Part shown: positions 45,080 through 53,780 of the stretch, in pieces | Numbering within the stretch: the stretch's first letter is position 1 | Layout of the letters: every line of letters begins with the position of its first letter | NCBI RefSeq assembly: GCF_035944845.1 | Contig: NZ_DASZAW010000043.1 | Location: forward strand, 3,232-67,231 | DNA length: 64,000 nt | Source: Devosia sp. | GTDB taxonomy: Bacteria > Pseudomonadota > Alphaproteobacteria > Rhizobiales > Devosiaceae | Direction of reading: 5' to 3' | Translations under genes and position numbers: made by a program | Notes under the pieces: generated by a model | Seen by the model: the letters and a program-made list of their open reading frames with translations, nothing else | What the model was told of the DNA's origin: nothing | The model's database searches: none

Positions 45080-46063
45080 ATGAATTTCAGCAAACTGGGC
45101 GCGCTGACGCTCGCCGCCATAATGGCTGCCGCAGCGCCGTTCGCCACAGCGCAGGCGCAGGAAGATGTGATCATCATGCTGGGCGGGCCGAGTTCGGATC
45201 CGTTCTGGGGCGCGGTGCAGCAGGGTTTCGACCAGGCCACCAAGGATTATGGCGTCAAGACGCAGTGGACGGCGCCGGCAGATTTCAACGACATCGTGCC
45301 TGTTTATACCAAGATGTTCGAAGCAGCGATCGCCCGGAAGCCGGCCGCCATCGCGGTGGGCAACTTCTTTCCCGAGCCGACTGAGCCCTTGATCAAGCAG
45401 GCGGCGGCCGAGGGCATCCCGGTCATCATCATCAACTCGGGCGGCGCCAAGTACCAGGAGCTGGGCGCCATCGGCTTTATTGGCGAAGACAGCTACCAGA
45501 TGGGCTACCAGGGCGGCAAAGTGGCGGTTGGCAAGGGCGTCAAGAACGGCCTCTGCATCAACCAGATTGCCGCCAACCCGGTGCTGGAGCAGCGCTGCCA
45601 GGGCTATATCGATGCCGTCACCGAAGCCGGCGGCAAGGCCAAGATGGTGATCCTCGCCTCCGAGGATATCGGCAACAGCCAGAAGGTGCAGGCCGCGGTC
45701 AGCGCCATGCTGATGCAGGACCAGAGCATTGACGGCATCGTGACGCTGGGCGTGGCGGTGGGTGTCGATGCACTGGAGTCAGTCAAGCAGGTGCGCGCCA
45801 CCGGTCGCGCCGTCGACCTTGGCACCATGGACCTCGGCAATGCCGTGCTCGAGGCGGTGGCCGCCGGCGAGATGAGCTTTGCCTCCGACCAGCAGCCGTT
45901 CCTGCAGGGCTATTACGGGGTGATGATCCCGCTGATGTACAACAAGTACAAGATGGCCCCGTCGGGCGTGATCAGCGTCGGCCCCTACATGGTGACGCAG
46001 GAAAACGCCGCCGCCGTGCTCGAGGTCAACAAGTCCATTCCGGGTTCGCGCGGCGCGAACTGA
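45080..46063 (+). CDS. Sugar ABC transporter substrate-binding protein (RbsB/CUT2 type)
   Basis: Signal peptide MNFSKLGALTLAAIMAAAAPFATAQA, Peripla_BP-like body. SD GGGGAGGA upstream of the ATG at 45080. Confidence 0.9.
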   Translation: MNFSKLGALTLAAIMAAAAPFATAQAQEDVIIMLGGPSSDPFWGAVQQGFDQATKDYGVKTQWTAPADFNDIVPVYTKMFEAAIARKPAAIAVGNFFPEPTEPLIKQAAAEGIPVIIINSGGAKYQELGAIGFIGEDSYQMGYQGGKVAVGKGVKNGLCINQIAANPVLEQRCQGYIDAVTEAGGKAKMVILASEDIGNSQKVQAAVSAMLMQDQSIDGIVTLGVAVGVDALESVKQVRATGRAVDLGTMDLGNAVLEAVAAGEMSFASDQQPFLQGYYGVMIPLMYNKYKMAPSGVISVGPYMVTQENAAAVLEVNKSIPGSRGAN

Positions 46064-46070
46064 CGGGCAG

Positions 46071-46099
46071 GGGCGGGGGAGTTGGACGCACCCCCGCCC
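46071..46099 (+). other. GC-rich hairpin (GGGCGGGGG-N11-CCCCCGCCC) 8 nt after the binding-protein stop
   Basis: Read directly. Confidence 0.6.
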
Positions 46100-46165
46100 T
46101 TAGCGCCTTAGGTGAGCGACGCCCGGGTTTCTGCAGTGATGCTGTGGCAGACCTACAAACTCGAT

Positions 46166-46243
46166 GTCATCCCTGCGAAAGCAGGGACCCATGTCACCGC
46201 CTGCACCAGCCGCGATTTGGGTCCCAGCTTTCGCTGGGATGAC
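46166..46243. repeat. Family A element, copy A6 (arm 1 CCCTGC/GCAGGG, arm 2 CCCAGC/GCTGGG)
   Basis: Read directly. Sits between the binding-protein stop (46063) and the permease start (46368). Confidence 0.9.
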
Positions 46244-46367
46244 ACCGAGTGTGGGGGAGCAACGGTACCTGGTCGCTCCCCTCCCATCTCAATTGAGGGT
46301 GGGGAGCAGAGCCTCGCCTCATCTCCACCATCTGCGATAGCCTCTCAACTTCGACGGTTCAGCTGAA

Positions 46368-47411
46368 ATGACCACTGCCATGGAAACCACCATCGCCGAT
46401 CCGCCTGCTCCTCCGACCCGCTTTGGCATCCTGGAGCGGCTGCTCAGGATCGTGTGGATCGGGCCACTGATTGCGGCACTGGTGATCTACCTGTTCTTCG
46501 TCATCGTCGGCGGCGGTTCGGGGTTCTTCTCGATCCCCGGCACGGCCGGGTGGCTGAATACCGCGGCGGAGCTGGGGATCATCGCGCTGCCGGTGGGGTT
46601 GCTGATGATCTCGGGCGAGTTCGACCTCTCCACCGGTTCGGTGGTCGGGGCCGCCTCGATCATCGTGGCGCTTGGCACCGGTTTTTACGGGCTGCCGATC
46701 GAACTCACCATCGCCATGGCGCTGGCGATGGGGGTCGGGGTCGGCTGCTTCAATGCGCTGCTAGTCAATGCGACGAAGCTCCCGAGCTTCATCGTGACGC
46801 TCGCTTCCAACTTCATTCTCGCCGGCACCGCGCTGGGGCTGAGCCGGCTGATCTCGGGCTCGTCGAACGTCTCGCTCAAGGATGCCGGCTGGGCCGAGGC
46901 GGTGCTGGGCTCGAAGTGGATGTTCTTCAACGTCTCGGTGCTTTGGTACCTCTTGGCCGCCGTCCTCGCCGCCTGGGTGCTGAAGCAGACCCGGTTCGGC
47001 AACTGGATCTTCGCCACCGGCGGCAACCCTGACGCGGCCCGGCGGGCTGGTGTGCCGGTGGCGCGGGTCAAACTCATCCTCTTCATCTGGACTGCCGTAT
47101 CGGCGGCGTTCGTCGGCATCATGTCGGCGGTGATGTACAACCAGGGTAACGCCGCCTCGGGGCAGGGCTATGTGTTCCAGACCGCCATCGCCGCCGTGAT
47201 CGGCGGGGTGCTGCTGCAGGGCGGCTTCGGCTCGGTAATCGGCATCGTGCTCGGCACCTTCATCTACGGCATCGTCAGCCTGGGGCTGTTCTACACCGGC
47301 TGGCCCACCGACTGGCTCGCGACCTTCATCGGCGGGCTGCTGGTGATCGCCGTGCTCACCAACAACCTGATCCGCGAGCTGGCGCTGAACCGGGGAAAGA
47401 AGAAGCTCTGA
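46368..47411 (+). CDS. CUT2-type sugar ABC transporter permease (RbsC-like)
   Basis: About 10 predicted TM helices; BPD_transp_2-like. Confidence 0.88.
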   Translation: MTTAMETTIADPPAPPTRFGILERLLRIVWIGPLIAALVIYLFFVIVGGGSGFFSIPGTAGWLNTAAELGIIALPVGLLMISGEFDLSTGSVVGAASIIVALGTGFYGLPIELTIAMALAMGVGVGCFNALLVNATKLPSFIVTLASNFILAGTALGLSRLISGSSNVSLKDAGWAEAVLGSKWMFFNVSVLWYLLAAVLAAWVLKQTRFGNWIFATGGNPDAARRAGVPVARVKLILFIWTAVSAAFVGIMSAVMYNQGNAASGQGYVFQTAIAAVIGGVLLQGGFGSVIGIVLGTFIYGIVSLGLFYTGWPTDWLATFIGGLLVIAVLTNNLIRELALNRGKKKL

Positions 47412-48178
47412 TGACCGCGCTCATGACGCTCGAAGGGGTCACCCGAACCTTCGGCAACAATATCGCCCTCAACGACGTCAGCCTCGAAGCGCACCCGGGC
47501 GAGGTGCATTGCCTGCTCGGCGACAATGGCGCCGGCAAGTCGACGCTGATCAAGATCATGTCGGGGGTGACGCCACCGACCATCGGCACGCTGACTTTCG
47601 ACGGGAAGCCGGTCGCCTTCCGCTCGCCGCGCGACGCGCAGGCGCATGGCATCGGCACGGTGCACCAGGATGTGGGCTCGATCCCCTTGATCTCGGTGGC
47701 GCGCAACTTCTTTCTCGGGAACGAACCGACCAAGGGCTGGGGGCCGTTCCGGCGGCTCGACCACCAGACGGCCAACCGCATCGCGCTCGAGCAGATCCGG
47801 GAGATGGGGATCCGCCGCATTGCCGATGCCGAGCAGCTGGTCGGCACCATGTCGGGCGGAGAGCGGCAAGCGCTGGCGATCGCCCGAGCGCTGTATTTCG
47901 GCGCCAAACTGCTGATCCTCGACGAGCCAACCGCGGCGCTCGGGGTGAAGGAAAGCAAGATCGTCATCGACCTGATCAAGCAGGCGCGCGAGCAGGGTAT
48001 CGCCCTGGTGTTCATCACCCACAACGCGACGCATGCGCTGAGTGTCGGCGACCGGTTCACAGTGCTGATCCAGGGGCGGGTCGCCAGCCAGTTCAAGCGC
48101 GGCGAGAAGACCCGCGAGGAAGTGCTGAACCTCATGGCGGGCGGCGAGGCGTTCGATGCGGCGGGGCATGGGGATTAG
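47411..48178 (+). CDS. ABC transporter ATP-binding protein, single-NBD CUT2 type (FrcA-like)
   Basis: Walker A GDNGAGKST, signature MSGGERQA, Walker B LLILDEPTA. Only 255 aa, so a single nucleotide-binding domain. Confidence 0.92.
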   Translation: MTALMTLEGVTRTFGNNIALNDVSLEAHPGEVHCLLGDNGAGKSTLIKIMSGVTPPTIGTLTFDGKPVAFRSPRDAQAHGIGTVHQDVGSIPLISVARNFFLGNEPTKGWGPFRRLDHQTANRIALEQIREMGIRRIADAEQLVGTMSGGERQALAIARALYFGAKLLILDEPTAALGVKESKIVIDLIKQAREQGIALVFITHNATHALSVGDRFTVLIQGRVASQFKRGEKTREEVLNLMAGGEAFDAAGHGD

Positions 48179-48190
48179 CGGCTGGTGTCA

Positions 48191-48350
48191 GCGCGTGGGG
48201 CTCACCCCCACCCAGCGACGCTAGTTCGCTTCGCTCACAAGCTTTGCTGCCCTCCCCACAAGGGGGAGGGAGGGCGGTAGCCGCACGGTTTCGGTTCTAT
48301 CGTCTCCCTCCCCCTTGTGGGGAGGGATCAAGGGTGGGGGTGCCACGCGC
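48191..48350. repeat. Family C-related element, copy C4 (CCCTCCCCACAAGGGGGAGGGAGG ... CCTCCCCCTTGTGGGGAGGG)
   Basis: Read directly. Sits between the ATPase stop (48178) and the serine hydrolase start (48379). Confidence 0.8.
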
Positions 48351-48378
48351 ACCGGCAGAAGTGAAGGCGGGGGAGCCA

Positions 48379-49542
48379 ATGAACTACCAATCGCAATCGG
48401 CGCCGGTCGAGGGCCACGTCGCGCCCGGCTTCGAAGCGGTGGCCGAGGAGTTTGCGCGGAATTTCACGGTGCGTGGCGATGTCGGGGCGGCGTTCGCGGC
48501 GGTGCATAAGGGCGAGCTTATCGTCGACCTGTGGGGCGGCATGGCGGCGCCGGGGCGGCCGTGGCAGGCCGATACGCTGCAGGTGATCTATTCGGGCACC
48601 AAGGGGCTGTTCGCCGGGTGCGTGCTGAAGCTGGTCGAGCGCGGGCAGCTCGATCTCAACGCGCCGGTGGCGAAATACTGGCCGGAGTTCGCGGCGAACG
48701 GCAAGGGGCGGGTGCTGGTGCGGCACGTCACTTCGCATTCGGCCGGCCTGCCGGGGATCGCAACGCCGCTCGGCGCGGCCGACTATACCGATTACGAACG
48801 GATGGAAGAGCTGCTGGCGGCGCAGCCGCTGGCCTCCGACCCCAATGCCTTCCATTGCTACCATGCGGTGACCATCGGTTGGCTGGTGGGCGCTTTGATG
48901 CGGCGGATCGATGGGCGGACGCTCGGACGGTTCTTTGCAGAGGAGATTGCCACCCCGCTGGGGCTCGATGCCTATATCGGGCTGCCCGAGGCGCTGGAGC
49001 CGCGGGTCGGGCGGATCGAACTGGGGCCGGGCATGCTGGCCTATGACGAGGCATTCGGCGCCGAGCAGCGGGCCGACCCGGTGTTTCATTCGATCTGGGG
49101 GAACCCGCCGCTGTTCCCCGAAGAGCTTCCGTGGAACACCCGCGCCTACCACGCGGCCGAGATCGGCGGCGCCGGCGGCATCGCCACGGCGCGGGCGATG
49201 GCGCGCTACTACGGCTGCATGGCGCAGGGCGGCAGTATCGACGGGGTCGAGATTTTGAAGCCGGAGACGGTCGCATTGGGGCGGGCGGAGCAGAGCCGCT
49301 TCATGGACCCCTATATCGCCGAAGCCATGGCGTTCGGCGTCGGCTGGGCGCTGCAGACCCCGCAGGGCCGGTTCGGCCCGGCGCCTGATGCGTTCGGACA
49401 TTCAGGGGCCGGCGGCTCGATCCACGGGGGGTGGCCGACCGAGCAGGTGGGGTTCAGCTATACGATGAACCAGATGCGGGGCGACCCGGAGGATCTGAGG
49501 TCCCGGCACGTGCTGAAGCGGTTGTATGAGATAGTGCGGTAG
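48379..49542 (+). CDS. Beta-lactamase-fold serine hydrolase (class C / EstB-like esterase or amidase)
   Basis: S-x-x-K motif YSGTKGL, later H-S-G-A-G-G box. I chose the ATG at 48379; the ORF-track start at 47509 is an out-of-context extension. Confidence 0.85.
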   Translation: MNYQSQSAPVEGHVAPGFEAVAEEFARNFTVRGDVGAAFAAVHKGELIVDLWGGMAAPGRPWQADTLQVIYSGTKGLFAGCVLKLVERGQLDLNAPVAKYWPEFAANGKGRVLVRHVTSHSAGLPGIATPLGAADYTDYERMEELLAAQPLASDPNAFHCYHAVTIGWLVGALMRRIDGRTLGRFFAEEIATPLGLDAYIGLPEALEPRVGRIELGPGMLAYDEAFGAEQRADPVFHSIWGNPPLFPEELPWNTRAYHAAEIGGAGGIATARAMARYYGCMAQGGSIDGVEILKPETVALGRAEQSRFMDPYIAEAMAFGVGWALQTPQGRFGPAPDAFGHSGAGGSIHGGWPTEQVGFSYTMNQMRGDPEDLRSRHVLKRLYEIVR

Positions 49543-49556
49543 GGTGGGGCTAATCC

Positions 49557-49710
49557 GGTGTGCTTGGCGCCCCTCACCCCGACCCTCTCCCCCCGCGGAC
49601 GCTCTCGCGTCCGCTAGGAGGGGCGAGGGGGCGTTGTGGCACTGCCCGTGCAAAGTGCGTCCCCTCGCCCCTCTGGGGAGAGGGCTAGGGTGAGGGGCGC
49701 CAAGCACACC
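49557..49710. repeat. Family D element, copy D2 (termini GGTGTGCTTGGCGCCCCTCACCCC ... GGGTGAGGGGCGCCAAGCACACC)
   Basis: Read directly. Lies immediately downstream of the SnoaL-like gene and of the serine hydrolase gene. Confidence 0.9.
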
Positions 49711-49714
49711 AGCC

Positions 49715-50035
49715 CTAACTGATCACCAACCGTGCAATCCGCCCACCCGTCAGCGTGAAGGCCATGGTGCCCTCGCCATTGAAGCCATTGCCGCTGACGG
49801 CCAGCCGCACCCGCCAGGCCTCAGCCCCATTCGGCTCGACCTCGAGCAGTCGGAACTTCGACTGCACGCCGATATTGTCTGTCTCGTTCCACTTGGCGAT
49901 GCCGGCGCGGCCGGTGAAGTCGCGACCCCAGTCGCTGAGGAAGGCGTCGGGGGTGAAGGTCTCGAGGAAGGCGTCGCTGTCGCCGGCATCGGTGGCGTCG
50001 ATAAAGCGCTGGATTACGGACGGGGTGGTACTCAT
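49715..50035 (-). CDS. SnoaL/NTF2-like small protein
   Basis: 106 aa. VIQRFIDATDAGDSDAFLETFTPDAFLSDWGRDF is typical of SnoaL_2-like proteins. Confidence 0.7.
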   Translation of the reverse strand: MSTTPSVIQRFIDATDAGDSDAFLETFTPDAFLSDWGRDFTGRAGIAKWNETDNIGVQSKFRLLEVEPNGAEAWRVRLAVSGNGFNGEGTMAFTLTGGRIARLVIS

Positions 50036-50106
50036 GGGTGGGCTCCGGTGGGGTGCGCAAAGTTGTAGCGGGTGGTGTGGGCGGCGGACAGTCGGATGGG
50101 AGTGCA

Positions 50107-50261
50107 GCGCGCTTGGCGCCCCTCACCCCGGGGTGAGCCCTTCGGTCTCACCCCCGCCCTCTCCCCAGAGGGGCGAGGGGGCGATGGGGGCACCGCCAGT
50201 GCAAAGTGCGTCCCCTCGCCCCTCTGGGGAGAGGGTTAGGGTGAGGGGCGCCAAGCACACC
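50107..50261. repeat. Family D element, copy D3
   Basis: Read directly. Lies immediately upstream of the SnoaL-like gene. Confidence 0.9.
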
Positions 50262-50373
50262 GGCCAAGCCGCCACCCATTCTAACCGACCGACCGTCGGT
50301 CCCAGATCCCTACGACTTTTTGCGCAACGGCGAGTCAAATCCTGCCGCTTGACCGGGTGTCGCTAGCCGTGTC

Positions 50374-50414
50374 ATCGTTCAGCCTATGGATAGGCGTTCA
50401 GCATAGTGAACGAT
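50374..50414 (+). promoter_or_regulatory. Candidate IclR-type operator: GGCGTTCAGCATAGTGAACGAT (50393-50414) plus an upstream half-site repeat ATCGTTCAGC (50374-50383)
   Basis: Inverted repeat CGTTCA-N6-TGAACG. Matches the site at 62625-62646 at 19 of 22 positions. Lies 110 nt upstream of the binding-protein GTG at 50524. Confidence 0.55.
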
Positions 50415-50523
50415 TGGCGCGCAGGTCGCCGACCACTTTGCCCGCTTGTCTCCGACCGATCATCACGCCTCCCGATGCCCGGGAAGCGATGAAGCGCTCG
50501 TGTTCCTTGGGAGGAAAAGCAAC

Positions 50524-51873
50524 GTGTCCAAGACCACCCTAACGCAATTCACGCCGAGCCGGCGCGCCGTACTTGCTGGTCTCGCCGCCTCGCCGTTCGC
50601 GCTTGCCGCAGGCAGCCATTTCGCCATGGCGCAGCCGACCAGCGGCACGCTGTCGATCGGCATTCTCGATTGGGCCGAAACCGGCATCAAGCCGGTGTTC
50701 GCCGCCTATGAGGCAGCCCGCCCGGGCGTCAAGATCGACTACTCGATCCTGCCCGGCGATGGCCCGGGCCTGCGCCAGGCGCTGCTGTCGCGCCGCCTCG
50801 CCAACAAGCTGCCCGATATCACCTATCTCGCCGATATCTTTGCCACGCAGTTCGCCAATGCAGAGGTCACCGCCGACATGCGGCCGTTCCTGACCTCGGG
50901 CGGCCCGATCACCATGACTTCGCTGGCCAAGCCCTTCCTCGACCAGTACCTCGTCACCTCGGGCCCGAACAAGGACGGCATTTTCGGCCTGCCGATTGGC
51001 GCCGATACGGTGGTGCTCTACTACAACAAGAAGCACTTCGACGACGCGGGCATCCCGTACCCGAACGACGACTGGACGTTCGAAAAGCAGATCGAGGTCG
51101 CGACCCAGCTGACGCAGAAGAACGGCAACGTCACCACGCGTTACGGCCTCGCCGCCTCGGTGCCGTGGCACGCGACTTACGTGCCGGGCATCGAAGCCTT
51201 CGGCGATACGCTGCTCGACGAAAACAACATGTACAAGCTGCAGACGGAAGCGGCGATCAAGGTCTTCACCATGTACTGGGACCAGGTGAAGGCCGGCGTC
51301 ATCGCCTCCTCGCCGCAGCAGACCCAGCTCGGCGGCGGCTACCAGGCGTTCGGCGCCGGCACCGTGTCGATGCTGCAGTCGGTGCGCGCGCTCACCCCGC
51401 TGATCCGCTCGGTAACCACGGACGATTGGGATGTGGCGCTCGAGCCCAAGATCAACGGCGTGCGCAAGACCGGCATGGGCTCGATCGCCCAGGCGATCAC
51501 CCCGCAGGGCATGGCGAACAATCAGGAGCTCGCCTACGACTACCTCAACTGGTTCTATTCCGAAGACGGCGGCATGAAGATCCTGGCCGCCGGCTACGGC
51601 ACGGTGCCGCCGGTCGAGGCGCTCTACAACAGCCCGATCTGGACCGATCTGCCGGGCCCGCCCTACGACAACCGGGTGTTCGCCGAGTCGATCCAGTATG
51701 GCGCGATGAACCCGACTTCGATCCCGGCCGACGTGCAGGTGGTGGTCGATACCGAGCTCGCGAAAGCCGAAGAGTCGGTCGTCCTCAACAACGTGCCGGT
51801 GGCCGACGCGCTGAAGGCCGCCGAAGCAGTCATCAACGAGGCGATGGCCCGCGTCATGGCGGCCGGCGGCTGA
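50524..51873 (+). CDS. ABC transporter substrate-binding protein, family 1 (CUT1 sugar type)
   Basis: The GTG at 50524 is preceded by GGAGGAAAAG. Tat/Sec-like leader SRRAVLAGLAASPFALAAGSHFAMA. Confidence 0.88.
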   Translation: MSKTTLTQFTPSRRAVLAGLAASPFALAAGSHFAMAQPTSGTLSIGILDWAETGIKPVFAAYEAARPGVKIDYSILPGDGPGLRQALLSRRLANKLPDITYLADIFATQFANAEVTADMRPFLTSGGPITMTSLAKPFLDQYLVTSGPNKDGIFGLPIGADTVVLYYNKKHFDDAGIPYPNDDWTFEKQIEVATQLTQKNGNVTTRYGLAASVPWHATYVPGIEAFGDTLLDENNMYKLQTEAAIKVFTMYWDQVKAGVIASSPQQTQLGGGYQAFGAGTVSMLQSVRALTPLIRSVTTDDWDVALEPKINGVRKTGMGSIAQAITPQGMANNQELAYDYLNWFYSEDGGMKILAAGYGTVPPVEALYNSPIWTDLPGPPYDNRVFAESIQYGAMNPTSIPADVQVVVDTELAKAEESVVLNNVPVADALKAAEAVINEAMARVMAAGG

Positions 51874-51887
51874 TCAACAAGAGGTCT

Positions 51888-51957
51888 GCCGCCGCTTGCC
51901 TCCTCCTGAAGCGGCGGCTTCTCCAGAACCGGCTGCACCCCTCCCGCAGCCGGTTCT
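51888..51957 (+). other. Two consecutive hairpins (GCCGCCGCTT-N11-AAGCGGCGGC and AGAACCGGCTGC-N9-GCAGCCGGTTCT) between the binding-protein and permease genes
   Basis: Read directly. Confidence 0.6.
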
Positions 51958-52015
51958 CCCTTTCGCAACGGGACCTAGTCTTTTGAGCAAGACCGACACA
52001 GCCGATGACCCCGGC

Positions 52016-52933
52016 ATGTCTGCGATCGTGCGGCCCGCGCCGCGCCGCAGAACGAGCCGCACCGACTCCCCGTTCTGGGCCGCCCTGTTCGTCGGGCCAA
52101 ACTTGTTCCTGTTCACCGTGTTCATGGTCATCCCCATCGTCTGGGGCTTGGCGCTCAGCCTGTTTGACTGGAACCTGATCTACGAGCCGCGCTTCGTCGG
52201 GCTCGACAACTATGTCGCCTTGCTCAACGACGCGCGCGCCATCAACTCGGTGTCCAAGACCGTCTACCTGCTGGTGCTCGGCGTGGTGCCGACAGTGTTC
52301 CTGTCGTTCATCCTCGCGGTGCTGATCAATACCAATTTCCCCGGCTACAGCGTGTTCCGCACGATGTACCTCTTGCCGATCGTCATTTCGCTGGTGGCGT
52401 CCGCAGTGCTGTGGCGCTTCATGTACGATCCGCGGGTCGGCCCGATTGCGCAACTGCTCGGCTTCTTCGGGGTGTCCGGGCCCAACTGGCTGCAGGATAC
52501 CACCTGGGCCATGCCGGCTTTGTCGCTGGTGATCGTCTGGCTGCGGCTGCCGCTCGGCATCATCCTCTATCTCGCGGCGCTGCAGCAGATTAACCCGCAG
52601 CTGCTCGAGGCGGCCGAGATCGACGGGGCGGGCCCCTGGGCCAAGCTCCGCCATATCATCTGGCCCAACGTCATGCCGGTGACGCTCTTGATCCTGGTAC
52701 TGACGCTGCGCGGCATCATTTTCGACAGCTTCGACATCGCCTTCGTGATGACCAAGGGCGGGCCGCTCAACTCGACCGATATCCTCGCTGTCTACATCTA
52801 CGATCTCGCCTTTGCCCAGTTGCGGCTCGGCTATGCCTCGGCGCTCTCGACGGTGCTGTTCGTCATCGTCACCATCCTGGCGCTGATCTTCAACCCGCCG
52901 CGCCGGCGCCCGACCAATGGAGATCCGGTATGA
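52016..52933 (+). CDS. CUT1 sugar ABC transporter permease
   Basis: EAA loop EAAEIDGAGPWAKLRHIIWPNV. I chose the ATG at 52016; an upstream TTG is possible. Confidence 0.88.
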   Translation: MSAIVRPAPRRRTSRTDSPFWAALFVGPNLFLFTVFMVIPIVWGLALSLFDWNLIYEPRFVGLDNYVALLNDARAINSVSKTVYLLVLGVVPTVFLSFILAVLINTNFPGYSVFRTMYLLPIVISLVASAVLWRFMYDPRVGPIAQLLGFFGVSGPNWLQDTTWAMPALSLVIVWLRLPLGIILYLAALQQINPQLLEAAEIDGAGPWAKLRHIIWPNVMPVTLLILVLTLRGIIFDSFDIAFVMTKGGPLNSTDILAVYIYDLAFAQLRLGYASALSTVLFVIVTILALIFNPPRRRPTNGDPV

Positions 52934-53757
52934 GTGCAGGGCACCACTGGCGTCGCCGCTTCCACGTCTCGACGGTGATCTTCTTCGGCCTCCTGATGGC
53001 CGCGCCGTTCTACTGGATGATCATCAACTCGTTCAAATCGAGCCGTGAGGTGGTGGCCTACCCACCGACCTGGTGGCCGACCGAGTGGCATTTCGAAAAC
53101 GTCTTCGCGGCGCTGACCTTCCTCGACTCGACCGCCATCATGAACTCGGTGATCTTCACCGCCGTCATTACCATCACGCAGCTGACGCTGGTGGTGATGA
53201 CCGGCTTCGCGCTCGCCAAGATGCAGTTCTTCGGGCGCGGCGCGATCCTCGGGCTGTTCATCATGACGCTGTTCGTGCCGGGGCAGGTGGCGACGATCCC
53301 GACCTTCATCCTGGTGCGCAACCTCAACTGGATCGACACCTTCATGGGGCTCTGCATCCCCATTATCGCGCAGACCAGCTTCGGGGTGTTCATCTTCCGG
53401 CAGTTCTACGTCTCGATGCCCAACGAGATTCTCGATGCGGCCAAGATCGACGGCGCCAACTGGGGGCAGATTTTCGTGAGGATCGTGCTGCCGCTCTCGG
53501 GCCCGCCGATCGCCGCCTATACCGCGGTGACGGTGCTGACCGCCTGGAACATGTATGCCTGGCCGCTGATCTCGACCACGGAGCGGGACATGCGGGTGCT
53601 GCCGCTGGCGCTGGCCGGGCTCGGCCAATCCTTCTCGCAGACGCCGCCCAATATCGCCATGATGGCGGTGCTGCTCTCGACGCTGCCGATCATCATCTTC
53701 TTTATTCTCTGCCAACGCTATTTCATCAACGGCCTCGGCGGCTCGTTGAAGGAATGA
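52930..53757 (+). CDS. CUT1 sugar ABC transporter permease
   Basis: EAA loop DAAKIDGANWGQIFVRIVLPL. ATGA overlap with the upstream permease gene. Confidence 0.9.
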   Translation: MSAGHHWRRRFHVSTVIFFGLLMAAPFYWMIINSFKSSREVVAYPPTWWPTEWHFENVFAALTFLDSTAIMNSVIFTAVITITQLTLVVMTGFALAKMQFFGRGAILGLFIMTLFVPGQVATIPTFILVRNLNWIDTFMGLCIPIIAQTSFGVFIFRQFYVSMPNEILDAAKIDGANWGQIFVRIVLPLSGPPIAAYTAVTVLTAWNMYAWPLISTTERDMRVLPLALAGLGQSFSQTPPNIAMMAVLLSTLPIIIFFILCQRYFINGLGGSLKE

Positions 53758-53780
53758 GCAGGACCTAGCTGGAGCTAATC

